Part shown: piece after piece, positions 52,675 through 61,950 of the stretch | Layout of the letters: the number at the start of each line of letters is the position of its first letter | Position numbering within the stretch: the stretch's first letter is position 1 | Assembly: GCA_030867685.1 (NCBI GenBank) | Contig: JAQOWU010000007.1 | Coordinates: 1,116,001 to 1,180,000, forward strand | Direction: 5' to 3' | Length of the DNA: 64,000 nt | Source of the DNA: Wickerhamiella versatilis | Taxonomy: Eukaryota | Position numbers and translations under genes: made by a program | Notes under the pieces: model-generated | The model's input: only the letters and a program-made list of their open reading frames with translations | What the model was told of the DNA's origin: nothing | Database searches by the model: none

Positions 52675-53103
52675 ATGTCGACCACGCTTTTCTCGGACCT
52701 TTTTCGCATAGAGTCGCTGGATCCTGGTAAGTATGACCATGTTGCACGTATCCAGGCCCAGTGTACCACGAATCCTGAGATCACCATGCTCCTTGATATC
52801 AACACAGACCTTTATCCCGTGCAGGTAGGCGAGACCCTTACGGTTGCGCTGGCAAATACCCTCAATGCTGAAGGTGAGGGCTCTGGAACGAGATCTTGGC
52901 GCCCGTCCAAACCAGGTGAGACATCTCTTGCTGATGAATACCAGTATGTCATGCACGGCACCGTCTATAAGTTTAGCGAGGCGGGGGGTGATAAGCTCAG
53001 TCTGCACGCATCTTTTGGAGGCCTTTTACTCGCCCTTGAGGGAAATCACAGAAGTCTAGCTTCACTAAAACAAGAATATATCTATTTGCTCATCCGACGA
53101 TAG
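52675..53103 (+). CDS. RPB8: RNA polymerases I/II/III shared subunit Rpb8
   Basis: LDINTDLYP, SLADEYQYVMHGTVYKF, SFGGLLL, IYLLIRR. Confidence 0.96.
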   Translation: MSTTLFSDLFRIESLDPGKYDHVARIQAQCTTNPEITMLLDINTDLYPVQVGETLTVALANTLNAEGEGSGTRSWRPSKPGETSLADEYQYVMHGTVYKFSEAGGDKLSLHASFGGLLLALEGNHRSLASLKQEYIYLLIRR

Positions 53104-53167
53104 CATTTAATCCGATAGTTTTCATAGCCAGCCCAAAACAAATTTACGAGAGAAGTTTTATCTTAAT

Positions 53168-53764
53168 TTACGAGAATTCACCCGCCTTACCCGCCATTAA
53201 GAGACCCACAATCAACCCAAATAACCCAATAACAGACCCAAAGATTTCTATCACGAGAATTTTCACAAATAACGATGGATCGGCCGCATCACTGATGGCC
53301 GCGGTTGACCCCGTGACGCCTACCGCGGCACCACAGACCAGGTTTCCAACCCCGACGGCAATACCTGCCCAAAACAATGCATATCCCGTGTATAAATTCT
53401 TTTTCGACATTAGGGCCTCGGGTTCAGCGTACGTTAGTTTGGCCGAAAATACAATGGCTATGATCAGCCCATAGATAGCGACGACTTCGCAGAAAATGAT
53501 GGAAATCAAATTTTTTGTCGTGATCCTTGGAACCTTTACACCGGCACCAAGAATGCTGGTGCCACTAATGAATATACCCCAAGCCGCGCCAACGATGGAG
53601 AGACCGGTGCACAAGCCGATACCCAAAACGCTCCAGGCATATGGAGAGACGCTTGTAAGAAAGTATCCAACGTCAAATGTTTCTCCCTGACCCGTGAATA
53701 GAAGGTAGCAACCTACAGTTGCCGCCGCAAGGCCACTGAGAGACCAAGCAGCCACTGCGGACAT
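53168..53764 (-). CDS. VMA16: V-ATPase proteolipid subunit c''
   Basis: [48 protein letters not shown]. Confidence 0.95.
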   Translation of the reverse strand: MSAVAAWSLSGLAAATVGCYLLFTGQGETFDVGYFLTSVSPYAWSVLGIGLCTGLSIVGAAWGIFISGTSILGAGVKVPRITTKNLISIIFCEVVAIYGLIIAIVFSAKLTYAEPEALMSKKNLYTGYALFWAGIAVGVGNLVCGAAVGVTGSTAAISDAADPSLFVKILVIEIFGSVIGLFGLIVGLLMAGKAGEFS

Positions 53765-54424
53765 TTGATGAGGTAAGCGCAATGCGAACGACACATAATC
53801 TGGTTACATGTGCTTAATCCATTACCAGGCCCGGAAACGTTCCTGATGTGCCATTTCCAAAAAAAAGACCAAGAAGATCGTATCTAAATTAAATTCGTCT
53901 ATCTGAGGATATTACGAGTCGAAAAGCTTATTTTGATCAAGCTTTTGTCGTAAAACACTATCCAGATACTCACGGGAGGGTGCATGAAATCAGTGCCAGG
54001 GGTAAAACCCAATAACGACATTTCAATAGCTGGGACATAATGCTGCGTCCATACATCTAACAAATTTCTGTGTATCGAAATGTGGGAACTCGAACAAACT
54101 TTATCGAAGTATCATCTCTAGAAGTTTGAGCATTGTGAGACCTGGGGAATTCACCACCGATAAGCAAGAACATTGACAATAAGGAAGGAAGAAGCGATCC
54201 GTCACAATCAATTTGAACCTTCCGAATATGGCAGGCGCTGCATCAATGTTACAACAGGAATTGCATTCCAAGAGATATTTTTTCATCTTGAAACCACATC
54301 AAACGAATCTCATTCATCAAACTAAGATTGAGATTATATTTTCAATTGCATAAAGCTTGAGTACTGGGTCTGCCGAGTTGCATTTCAAGAGGTTGCCGCA
54401 TTCGTCCGATCCGTAATAAGATTC

Positions 54425-55696
54425 ATGCAGGTATTTCCCAATCGAAATTTCCATCCTGATCCTGCATTAGTGTGTCCACCTTATCCTCTCCCTCGCTCTA
54501 CAGGCCTTAAGATGGCAAATAAACAAATTGCGCCCGTTGTCGTCCCTCTTAAGAGCAGCCAGTTGCAAACCCCCGAGACATCGCCCGAGCCACATAGGAG
54601 CCCAGATACACCTACATCATCAACAAGACTAAACCTGCCTGTAAGTACCACTGAGAAATCTGGTGAATCAAATCTAGAGCCCAAATCCGACGAATACCTT
54701 CTCTCGGCCAAGACCAATGGTGCCAAAAAGGATGAGGAACCGGCCACGGGCGATAATCCGGTTGCCAAGAGGTCACCATCCCCAGAAGACTCTGTGGTGA
54801 GCGTATTGCAGACCATGCGTAGCAAATCTCCTTCTGAAAAGACTGCGCCAATTCAGGATTGGCATCAGGAGGTGAAGGATCTACTAGAATCTACATTGAA
54901 ATTATTGCAATCTCCTGCCCCACAACAAAAGGTTTTGGTGGAAGCCATTGCTGGCAAGCTGAGAGGATTAGCTGCTGAGATTGAAGGGGCAACAAGTGGT
55001 GTGGATAAAAAGTCAACAGAAGCTGTGTCGTGCCCCGTGGCCCCCAGGCAAGCCAGTCCATCAAATTCAAATTCAAATTCAAATTCAACCACCATAATGC
55101 ATCATTCTCCTCAATATCACCACAGTCAGCCACATCAGCCACAGCAGCCGTCAGCCATGCAGCCAGTTCCTGCCCCAGGTCACCAATGTGCCCAGATGCC
55201 AATGGCACCCACATATTTCCTTCCACCCCACCCCCAAGCTCAATTTCAGCTGCCAATGCCCTTTGCAATGCCTTATGGCCTTTCACATGGTGCCCATATG
55301 CCACAAGGACAGCTTTCAAACCAAATGCCGCCAAACAACCTAGGCTATCTACCACCGTTTCAGCGTCCCCACGTTTCAGCGACACCACTGGCTCCACTAC
55401 CAGTAGAGCCAAGACACAGCAGAGAGAACTCAATTGAGATAACACCGTCTGTTGTACCAGCCGTGAGCTCACTACACCGCAGGACGCGGAAACGTACCAT
55501 GTTGCATGAAGATGTTGTTATGCATTGTCGAGAGTGCGGCACATCTGAAACACCAGAGTGGCGACGAGGCCCAGATGGCGCAAGAACGCTGTGCAATGCA
55601 TGTGGCCTCTACCATGCCAAAGTTTCCAAGAAACGTGGTGAAATTGAAGCTACTAAACTCCTCAAAGAACGCCGGGTCTCTAAAAGTTCTGGATAA
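54425..55696 (+). CDS. GATA zinc-finger transcription factor (CX2CX18CX2C; Gat2/Brg1/NsdD-like)
   Basis: C-terminal CRECGTSETPEWRRGPDGARTLCNACGL; P/Q/H-rich low-complexity region. Start may be 54425 or a downstream ATG. Confidence 0.85.
   Translation: MQVFPNRNFHPDPALVCPPYPLPRSTGLKMANKQIAPVVVPLKSSQLQTPETSPEPHRSPDTPTSSTRLNLPVSTTEKSGESNLEPKSDEYLLSAKTNGAKKDEEPATGDNPVAKRSPSPEDSVVSVLQTMRSKSPSEKTAPIQDWHQEVKDLLESTLKLLQSPAPQQKVLVEAIAGKLRGLAAEIEGATSGVDKKSTEAVSCPVAPRQASPSNSNSNSNSTTIMHHSPQYHHSQPHQPQQPSAMQPVPAPGHQCAQMPMAPTYFLPPHPQAQFQLPMPFAMPYGLSHGAHMPQGQLSNQMPPNNLGYLPPFQRPHVSATPLAPLPVEPRHSRENSIEITPSVVPAVSSLHRRTRKRTMLHEDVVMHCRECGTSETPEWRRGPDGARTLCNACGLYHAKVSKKRGEIEATKLLKERRVSKSSG
55061..55088 (+). repeat. 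(TCAAAT)4+ hexamer repeat encoding SNSNSNSNS in the GATA factor
   Basis: tcaaattcaaattcaaattcaaattcaa read directly. Confidence 0.85.
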
Positions 55697-56014
55697 GTAC
55701 CCGAGTCCCCTAGTCCATGAAGCCGCATAATATAGTGAAGTCTAAATAGATATATTCGAAACTCTACTGTATGTTTTAATGAAACAAAGACGACATCTTT
55801 CGTGACTAGCACTAAAGTATTGGTTGGCGAGATCAGATCAGATCAGTATACTTGGAATACAAGTTCACAAAACGCACCAGGTATGCCAGCCGTGACTACA
55901 AGTGGTGCTTTTTCTTTGCTTTTCCCTCTTGCGCAGGTACCTGTGCATTTGGCGCTCTAGACCCTGAACTTCTAACAGCCTGCGGTGGAGCGCGTAAAAT
56001 GATTTCAGCCCTTT

Positions 56015-56245
56015 TTAAGCCTTTCGAACTTCATATTCCTGTACTCTTCGCTGGAAATCAATGTACTGACATTCCTCGTAGTCATGTCTCAGTTGCGTGC
56101 ATTTCCAGGGAGCAAATCCCGTCTCCCGACGACATTTATTTAAAGGGACTAGAATTGCAGCACAACGATCCCGCCATTGTAGAGGGATTTTCGCTGCTTT
56201 CATTTCCTCTTCGGACAATAGCGGCGGAAGCTCTTTGAGCGCCAT
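56015..56245 (-). CDS. NADH:ubiquinone oxidoreductase accessory subunit NDUFB7/B18 (NB8M)
   Basis: EEMKAAKIPLQWRDRCAAILVPLNKCRR...PWKC...RHDYEECQY twin CX9C signature; ATG at 56245. Confidence 0.92.
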   Translation of the reverse strand: MALKELPPLLSEEEMKAAKIPLQWRDRCAAILVPLNKCRRETGFAPWKCTQLRHDYEECQYIDFQRRVQEYEVRKA

Positions 56246-56758
56246 TGCAATTGGACAAGCTGAGTCAGTTAGTTGGCCGATTCCTGAATTTTCAAGCACG
56301 GTAATAAGTAGATCAATGAAATGCTTCTGTTACAAAGAAAAAACAACTAGAGAATAATCGAAGTATTAGGAATAGCTTCAAAGCTATTTTCTAGGGGCAT
56401 CACCCAGCTTGCGACCGAGTGTGTCTACATGTTGCGTCTTAAAGCCCATCAAGATCAGCGAAAATGGCTTAACGCGTAGAAATTATATGATGCTCTCTAT
56501 TTTTTATTCAAGTTCAATTTTGCATATGACGCTACTATTGTAAGAAATCTACGGTTGGTTACAATGACAAATAGAATAGTAAGATATGCATGTTTATGTT
56601 TACGTTCATATGAGGGGCATGTTGATTGGACTTCCTCGAGGATAATTTGGTAAATTTGTCCTCCTGTTCCTGATAAATAACAATATATAAAGATTAGGAT
56701 TCTATTTATGCTTCACATGAGGATCTATCTGCTTAGACAAAGTCAAGTTGGAATTTTG

Positions 56759-56768
56759 CTAAATATAG
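56759..56768. promoter_or_regulatory. Canonical Rlm1 box CTAAATATAG upstream of the class VII chitin synthase
   Basis: Perfect CTA(W)4TAG about 170 bp before the ATG at 56934. Confidence 0.45.
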
Positions 56769-56933
56769 TACTTTTTTATTCCTTCGTTTCTTGTGTATAC
56801 CTTTGGCTTCCATCCTAATTTATTCGAGATCTGTGCATAAATTTTATATTCCGCGGGTTTAAATCCATTAGCCCTTGTTCTTGACCTGGGAGTAACATAT
56901 AGACATTTAGTATTCGTCAGACTGCATCACAAC

Positions 56934-59900
56934 ATGGAGCCAAGAAATGCTCCCCCGCCACAACGGCAGCTTCCGTTGTGCCGGGCAGACCAAATTATCA
57001 GTGCAAGTGCTCTGATAAATGTCCTTTTACAGTTGCATGTTCATGAATTTCCAAAAGGGTTGTTTGTGGACTCTACATCGGCCATCTGTTTAGATGGCCG
57101 ATGCCCACCAGGTCTCATTGAGTCGGTCTGGCAGCATTCTTACCGGCAGGCGGAGGATGAACTTCTATTGATTGAACCAGCGAATAACAGTTCACGTTCT
57201 GCGTTCTTTGGATCGGTATCACAATTTCCAGGAGTAGACTCACATGTTTTAAATGCATTACAGGTATTGCAACCCTTTTTATACGCACAATCACCCGAGA
57301 ACTTGCAGCAATGCTGGCATAATGGTCTTTCATTAGCTCTAAATTTGGACAAAGAGGGCTCTGTCGTCTCCACACGCGTAGCTTTGGGCGAACAACCCAT
57401 CTCCTCATTTAAAGAACCGTTGCTTGAATTGCCTCATATTGAAAACTTCCGTGTATTTGATGTTTTTTACTACCTGCTTTATTCTCAACAAGATCGGGCG
57501 GACATTCTTCAACTCAAGAATAGTCCAGAAAGATATGATCTACTGAAGAAATCTGGAACTTATTCACTGCCAAGCTGGGTAGCATTCGCGGACGATTACG
57601 CACTCGCAAAAGACTGGGCAGACTCCTTGAGTCAATGTCTGTCTAAGAAATTTCGACGGACCTTATTAGCCACCCTTAGTGGGTTACTTCTCATGGGTCA
57701 AGATGACCCGTCAGATGTCGCTGAGGGCGCTGCTCTTATAGGTCTTTTGCCATCATCAGCACAATATAAACCATACGATATCATAAGTGCTGTATACACA
57801 GATCTGCTAAGATCGCTAGTGGTCGAGCTAAACCACTATCTTGCTCGCTATGATGTGCAGCAGCCTGAGATCTCCTCTGTCATTACAGTGGTTGAACTGC
57901 CACGTAACGACAAGGCCCGTCGTTTGTTATTGCGCGCAGTTTTTGATAACGATTATGCTATGAACGTCGAAATGGCTCAGAATGGGCTGCAGCTGCCCAG
58001 AGTACCTCAACAAATCCAAAAAGAGCTAAAAAGGCTTTCCAATAACGACAACACGGATCCTTTAGTTATCCAAAATATCCAAGATTACCTGGAGGACTCG
58101 ATTGGTTGGCCTGCTAAAAATGATCCACCACAAAGTTTAGACCTCGAGCAACTAGTTCCTGCTAATAGGATTTGGTGCTTACTTGTTTTATCTACAGCTG
58201 CATCTGCAATTGATACAGAGGAAGCAAAATGGTCTAGCAACATCGTTTCTCGCCAAATCAGGGACTTTTTCCTGGTTGAGTGGGCTCAAAGACGGGCATC
58301 ATTAGACTATGCGGCAGACTATGGCATTGGGGAGTTCGTAGATTGGTTCAGAATCCTCCTACCTAGCGGGGCAGCAGGATCGGCATTGAGTGAATGGGCA
58401 GCACAAAGATTTGGACCCGCGGATTTCTTTTATGGTCACCATCGAATATACCTAAGCGAAAACGCATGGGCTGAGCTCGAGAGCGAAAGAGTTGCCGCTG
58501 TAAGAGGACGTTCGACGCCTTCTGAAGCACCTCGAGCCTTAGGGCTTCCCCTTCCTATTAATCCTTTTGCAGAGGAAAATGATTATAATCGATATAATGC
58601 GCCATCCACCAAAGATCTAGAGCAGGGTAATGGCTTGCATATGAAGTTGGAGCCGCTCAGTGCATATGAGGCAAGCGACCGCTCACCGCCGCGGCCGCCT
58701 CATCTTCAACCGTCTGAGACAGATGAAAGCCTGTATGAAAGTGACTATGGTGAGACGGATATGTTGAATGACGTTAAACTACGTGAAGAAGGGCGTAATG
58801 TACGGTTTCAGAGTCAAACGTTTGAGCGAAGGATATGGGTTTCTTTCGTCTGGTTTTGCACTTGGTGGATACCAAACTCATTACTGCAGTGGGCAGGTCG
58901 AATGAAAAGACGAGACGTTCGTCAGGCATGGCGGGAGAAAGTTGTTATATTCGCACTTATAGCATTATTGAATGGGGCGATCATCTTCTACATGATCTTC
59001 CTGGGTCGCCTTATATGCCCCGATTACGACAAGGTTTGGAATCACAAGGAACTTGGAACCCACCAGGGAGGCAATGACTTTTACGTAGGAATACATGGCA
59101 ACGTTTACGACATTTCAAAGTTTTACAAAAAGCAGCATGCGGACAACGGAATCAAAACTTCTTCAAGCCTTATGATGCCTTTTGCAGGCAAGGATTTGTC
59201 CGATTATTTTCCTCCACCATTAACTGTAGCATGTCCGCGTCTTGTTAGTGACAGTTCTGTAAGTTTGCAATACAACCAAACGCTCAGCCCAAATAGTGAA
59301 TGCTCGCATGCTAGTGGCCCAGACGCGGTTCCAAATACTAATACTGCACTTCACAATAGCACATGGTATGATAAGAAATTCAAACCATCCATTCGCCATT
59401 ATTACAAGGGGAGTATTGTAGAAACACCCAAGCGTGTTTCCAAAATCTGTGACGAAGAATCCAAAACGCTTGTCATCATCAATAAGAAGATTTATGACTT
59501 GTCAAATTACTTCATAACACAAGACAAATTCCCATCGTCATCCTCTGACTACTATAAGAAATACTCTTTCTTCCCTTCAAAGGTTGAGGACATGTTCCAA
59601 GACTATTCCGGGCAAGATATAACCGATCGCTTTAAAGCATTAGATCGCGACACGCAGGAAGATGTTATGCAGTGTCTTGATAACGCCTTTAAATACGGCG
59701 ACTTGGATTTTCGGCATACAGCTAAATGTCAAGCAGCGAACGTAATTCTGCTCGCTATGGCCGGAATTCTCACGTCGGTGACTCTTATCAAGTTTTTAAC
59801 CTCAATCAGATTTGGCCGTAAATCGTTACCATCCCCTCAGGATAGATTTGTGGTATGCCAAGTTCCGGTATATACAGAGGGTGAAGACGAGATTCGCCTT

Positions 59901-61655
59901 GCATTGGATTCTCTCACCAATCTGAACTATGACAACCGTCGTAAGCTTCTAGTACTGCTCTGTGATGGTATGGTCACGGGTGGCGGCAATGAGCGTCCAA
60001 CACCGGAAATACTTTTAGACATGTTGGGTGTTGATCCACAGCATGTTGACCCAGAACCCAAGGCCTACCACGCAATAGGCGAAGGATCAAAGGAATTGAA
60101 TTATGCGAAGGTATACAGTGGCTTATATGAAAACGATGGTAATATTGTGCCTTACTTGGTAATTGTGAAGGTGGGTACTCCGAGCGAGGAGTATCGTCCA
60201 GGTAATCGCGGAAAACGTGATAGTCAGTTGATCCTGATGAGCTTTTTCAACCATGTTCAAAGGCAGGCACCGATGTCTCCTCTCGAACTCGAGATTTTTT
60301 ACTGCATCAATAATGTTATTGGGGTAGATCCGGAACGCTATGATTTCCTATTTACAATTGATGCTGATACAATGGTTTTACCTGATTCACTTACTCGGCT
60401 TGTTGCTAAATGCACAACTGACAATGACGTGGCAGCTGTATGCGGTGAGACAGGAATTCAGAATGAGCAGCAGTCATTGAGCACCATGATACAGGTATAT
60501 GAATATTTCATCAGCCACTATCTCACCAAAGCGTTTGAGTCTCTGTTTGGATCTGTTACATGCCTTCCCGGATGCTTTTCTCTTTATCGTTTGCGTACAG
60601 CTCAGCGTGGAAAACCACTGTTTATACATGACGATATCATCAAAGAATATTCACTACGGCATATCGATACCCTACATAAGAAGAATCTTTTCAGTCTCGG
60701 TGAAGACCGTTACTTGACCACTTTGCTGAGCAAGACCTTTCCTCGCATGAAATTTAAATTCATTGCGGACGCGAAATGTGAAACTCGAGTTCCTTCTGAT
60801 GTCAAGGTCCTTCTCAGTCAACGTCGGCGCTGGATCAACTCTACGGTTCATAACCTTGTGGAGCTGTTGCGGATAAAGACTATGTGTGGCTTCTTTGTTT
60901 TTTCTATGAGAAGCATTGTCTTCATTGATCTACTTGGTACGCTTATGTTGCCCTCTGTTGTCGTATATCTTACTTACCTGATATATACGGTCGCTTCCCA
61001 CTCCGCACCGCTTCCTCTCATATCAATAGTACTGATTGCTGCGGTTTATGGTCTGCAAGCTCTAGTGTTTATACTCCATCGTCGATGGCAGCATATATTT
61101 TGGATGATCGTTTATCTCCTAGCGTATCCATTCCATTCATTCCTGCTTCCTATTTATTCATTTTGGTATATGGATGACTTCTCGTGGGGTAATACACGTC
61201 TCGTAATTAATGAATCTATGGGGAAGAAAGTGGTTGTCAATGATGAGAGTGACGTCTTTGACCCCAATAGCATCCCCATGGAGCCTTGGAGCCACTACGC
61301 AACTCGACATGGGCTGGATGGTGTTGAGCGATCTATTGTGTTTGACAACCGTAGAGGTCGAATCGTACACAATGTATTCGCTGATGAGCAGAGCTTTGCT
61401 AAGAAACTACCAGATCAAGATATCCCACTATCCGTAATGAGTTCACATACCCAACCTCCTGAGTTTGATGCTGGCACTTCAGCACAAATTAAGACCACAG
61501 TTCAACAAGTTCTGGCTACTTCAGACTTAGATGCAATGACACCAGCTCAATTGCGTGAAAAGGTAGCTGATTTACTTGGTGTCACTTTCAGCGGCTCGAA
61601 AGCGGCTGCTGTCGATGCCGTCATTGATGAGGAATTGGAACTTATGGACGATTAA
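56934..61655 (+). CDS. Class VII chitin synthase with degenerate myosin-like N-terminus (CsmB type)
   Basis: N-terminus keeps myosin relics (FDVFYYLL, IYLSENAW) but has no P-loop; b5-like segments; PGNRGKRDSQ, QVYEYFISH, LGEDRYLT, SQRRRWINS; DEK_C-like tail. Confidence 0.92.
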   Translation: MEPRNAPPPQRQLPLCRADQIISASALINVLLQLHVHEFPKGLFVDSTSAICLDGRCPPGLIESVWQHSYRQAEDELLLIEPANNSSRSAFFGSVSQFPGVDSHVLNALQVLQPFLYAQSPENLQQCWHNGLSLALNLDKEGSVVSTRVALGEQPISSFKEPLLELPHIENFRVFDVFYYLLYSQQDRADILQLKNSPERYDLLKKSGTYSLPSWVAFADDYALAKDWADSLSQCLSKKFRRTLLATLSGLLLMGQDDPSDVAEGAALIGLLPSSAQYKPYDIISAVYTDLLRSLVVELNHYLARYDVQQPEISSVITVVELPRNDKARRLLLRAVFDNDYAMNVEMAQNGLQLPRVPQQIQKELKRLSNNDNTDPLVIQNIQDYLEDSIGWPAKNDPPQSLDLEQLVPANRIWCLLVLSTAASAIDTEEAKWSSNIVSRQIRDFFLVEWAQRRASLDYAADYGIGEFVDWFRILLPSGAAGSALSEWAAQRFGPADFFYGHHRIYLSENAWAELESERVAAVRGRSTPSEAPRALGLPLPINPFAEENDYNRYNAPSTKDLEQGNGLHMKLEPLSAYEASDRSPPRPPHLQPSETDESLYESDYGETDMLNDVKLREEGRNVRFQSQTFERRIWVSFVWFCTWWIPNSLLQWAGRMKRRDVRQAWREKVVIFALIALLNGAIIFYMIFLGRLICPDYDKVWNHKELGTHQGGNDFYVGIHGNVYDISKFYKKQHADNGIKTSSSLMMPFAGKDLSDYFPPPLTVACPRLVSDSSVSLQYNQTLSPNSECSHASGPDAVPNTNTALHNSTWYDKKFKPSIRHYYKGSIVETPKRVSKICDEESKTLVIINKKIYDLSNYFITQDKFPSSSSDYYKKYSFFPSKVEDMFQDYSGQDITDRFKALDRDTQEDVMQCLDNAFKYGDLDFRHTAKCQAANVILLAMAGILTSVTLIKFLTSIRFGRKSLPSPQDRFVVCQVPVYTEGEDEIRLALDSLTNLNYDNRRKLLVLLCDGMVTGGGNERPTPEILLDMLGVDPQHVDPEPKAYHAIGEGSKELNYAKVYSGLYENDGNIVPYLVIVKVGTPSEEYRPGNRGKRDSQLILMSFFNHVQRQAPMSPLELEIFYCINNVIGVDPERYDFLFTIDADTMVLPDSLTRLVAKCTTDNDVAAVCGETGIQNEQQSLSTMIQVYEYFISHYLTKAFESLFGSVTCLPGCFSLYRLRTAQRGKPLFIHDDIIKEYSLRHIDTLHKKNLFSLGEDRYLTTLLSKTFPRMKFKFIADAKCETRVPSDVKVLLSQRRRWINSTVHNLVELLRIKTMCGFFVFSMRSIVFIDLLGTLMLPSVVVYLTYLIYTVASHSAPLPLISIVLIAAVYGLQALVFILHRRWQHIFWMIVYLLAYPFHSFLLPIYSFWYMDDFSWGNTRLVINESMGKKVVVNDESDVFDPNSIPMEPWSHYATRHGLDGVERSIVFDNRRGRIVHNVFADEQSFAKKLPDQDIPLSVMSSHTQPPEFDAGTSAQIKTTVQQVLATSDLDAMTPAQLREKVADLLGVTFSGSKAAAVDAVIDEELELMDD

Positions 61656-61852
61656 ATCCCTGTTACCAAGCAACTGATTGCAAACAATTGCTTGCGAACC
61701 GATCCTTTGTAGATCTTATGGATACTTTTTTTTCAGCAATTATTTATATAACTATGTATATACATATATATATTACTTTTAAATTTAAAACGCTAATAAC
61801 GATTTTTTTGCAAGAAATACTATACTTCAAGAACCCAGGGTTCGTCGGAAGC

Positions 61853-61868
61853 AATCACACGTGTGATT
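61853..61868. promoter_or_regulatory. Perfect 16-bp palindrome AATCACACGTGTGATT centred on an E-box (CACGTG) upstream of PRX1
   Basis: Read directly; followed by a further TACGTGA. Confidence 0.55.
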
Positions 61869-61950
61869 ACGTGATCGAAGCACACCCCGTTGGCTCTTAG
61901 GCAATTAGCTCCCCTTGCCCTCTGGTCGATAGATCACAACCTATCTCTCG

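Noticed and set aside
55865-56014. About 49 open codons in frame after the NDUFB7 TAA stop
   Set aside because: NDUFB7 is already full length, TAA-A is not a leaky context, and the extension has no recognisable motif or PTS1.
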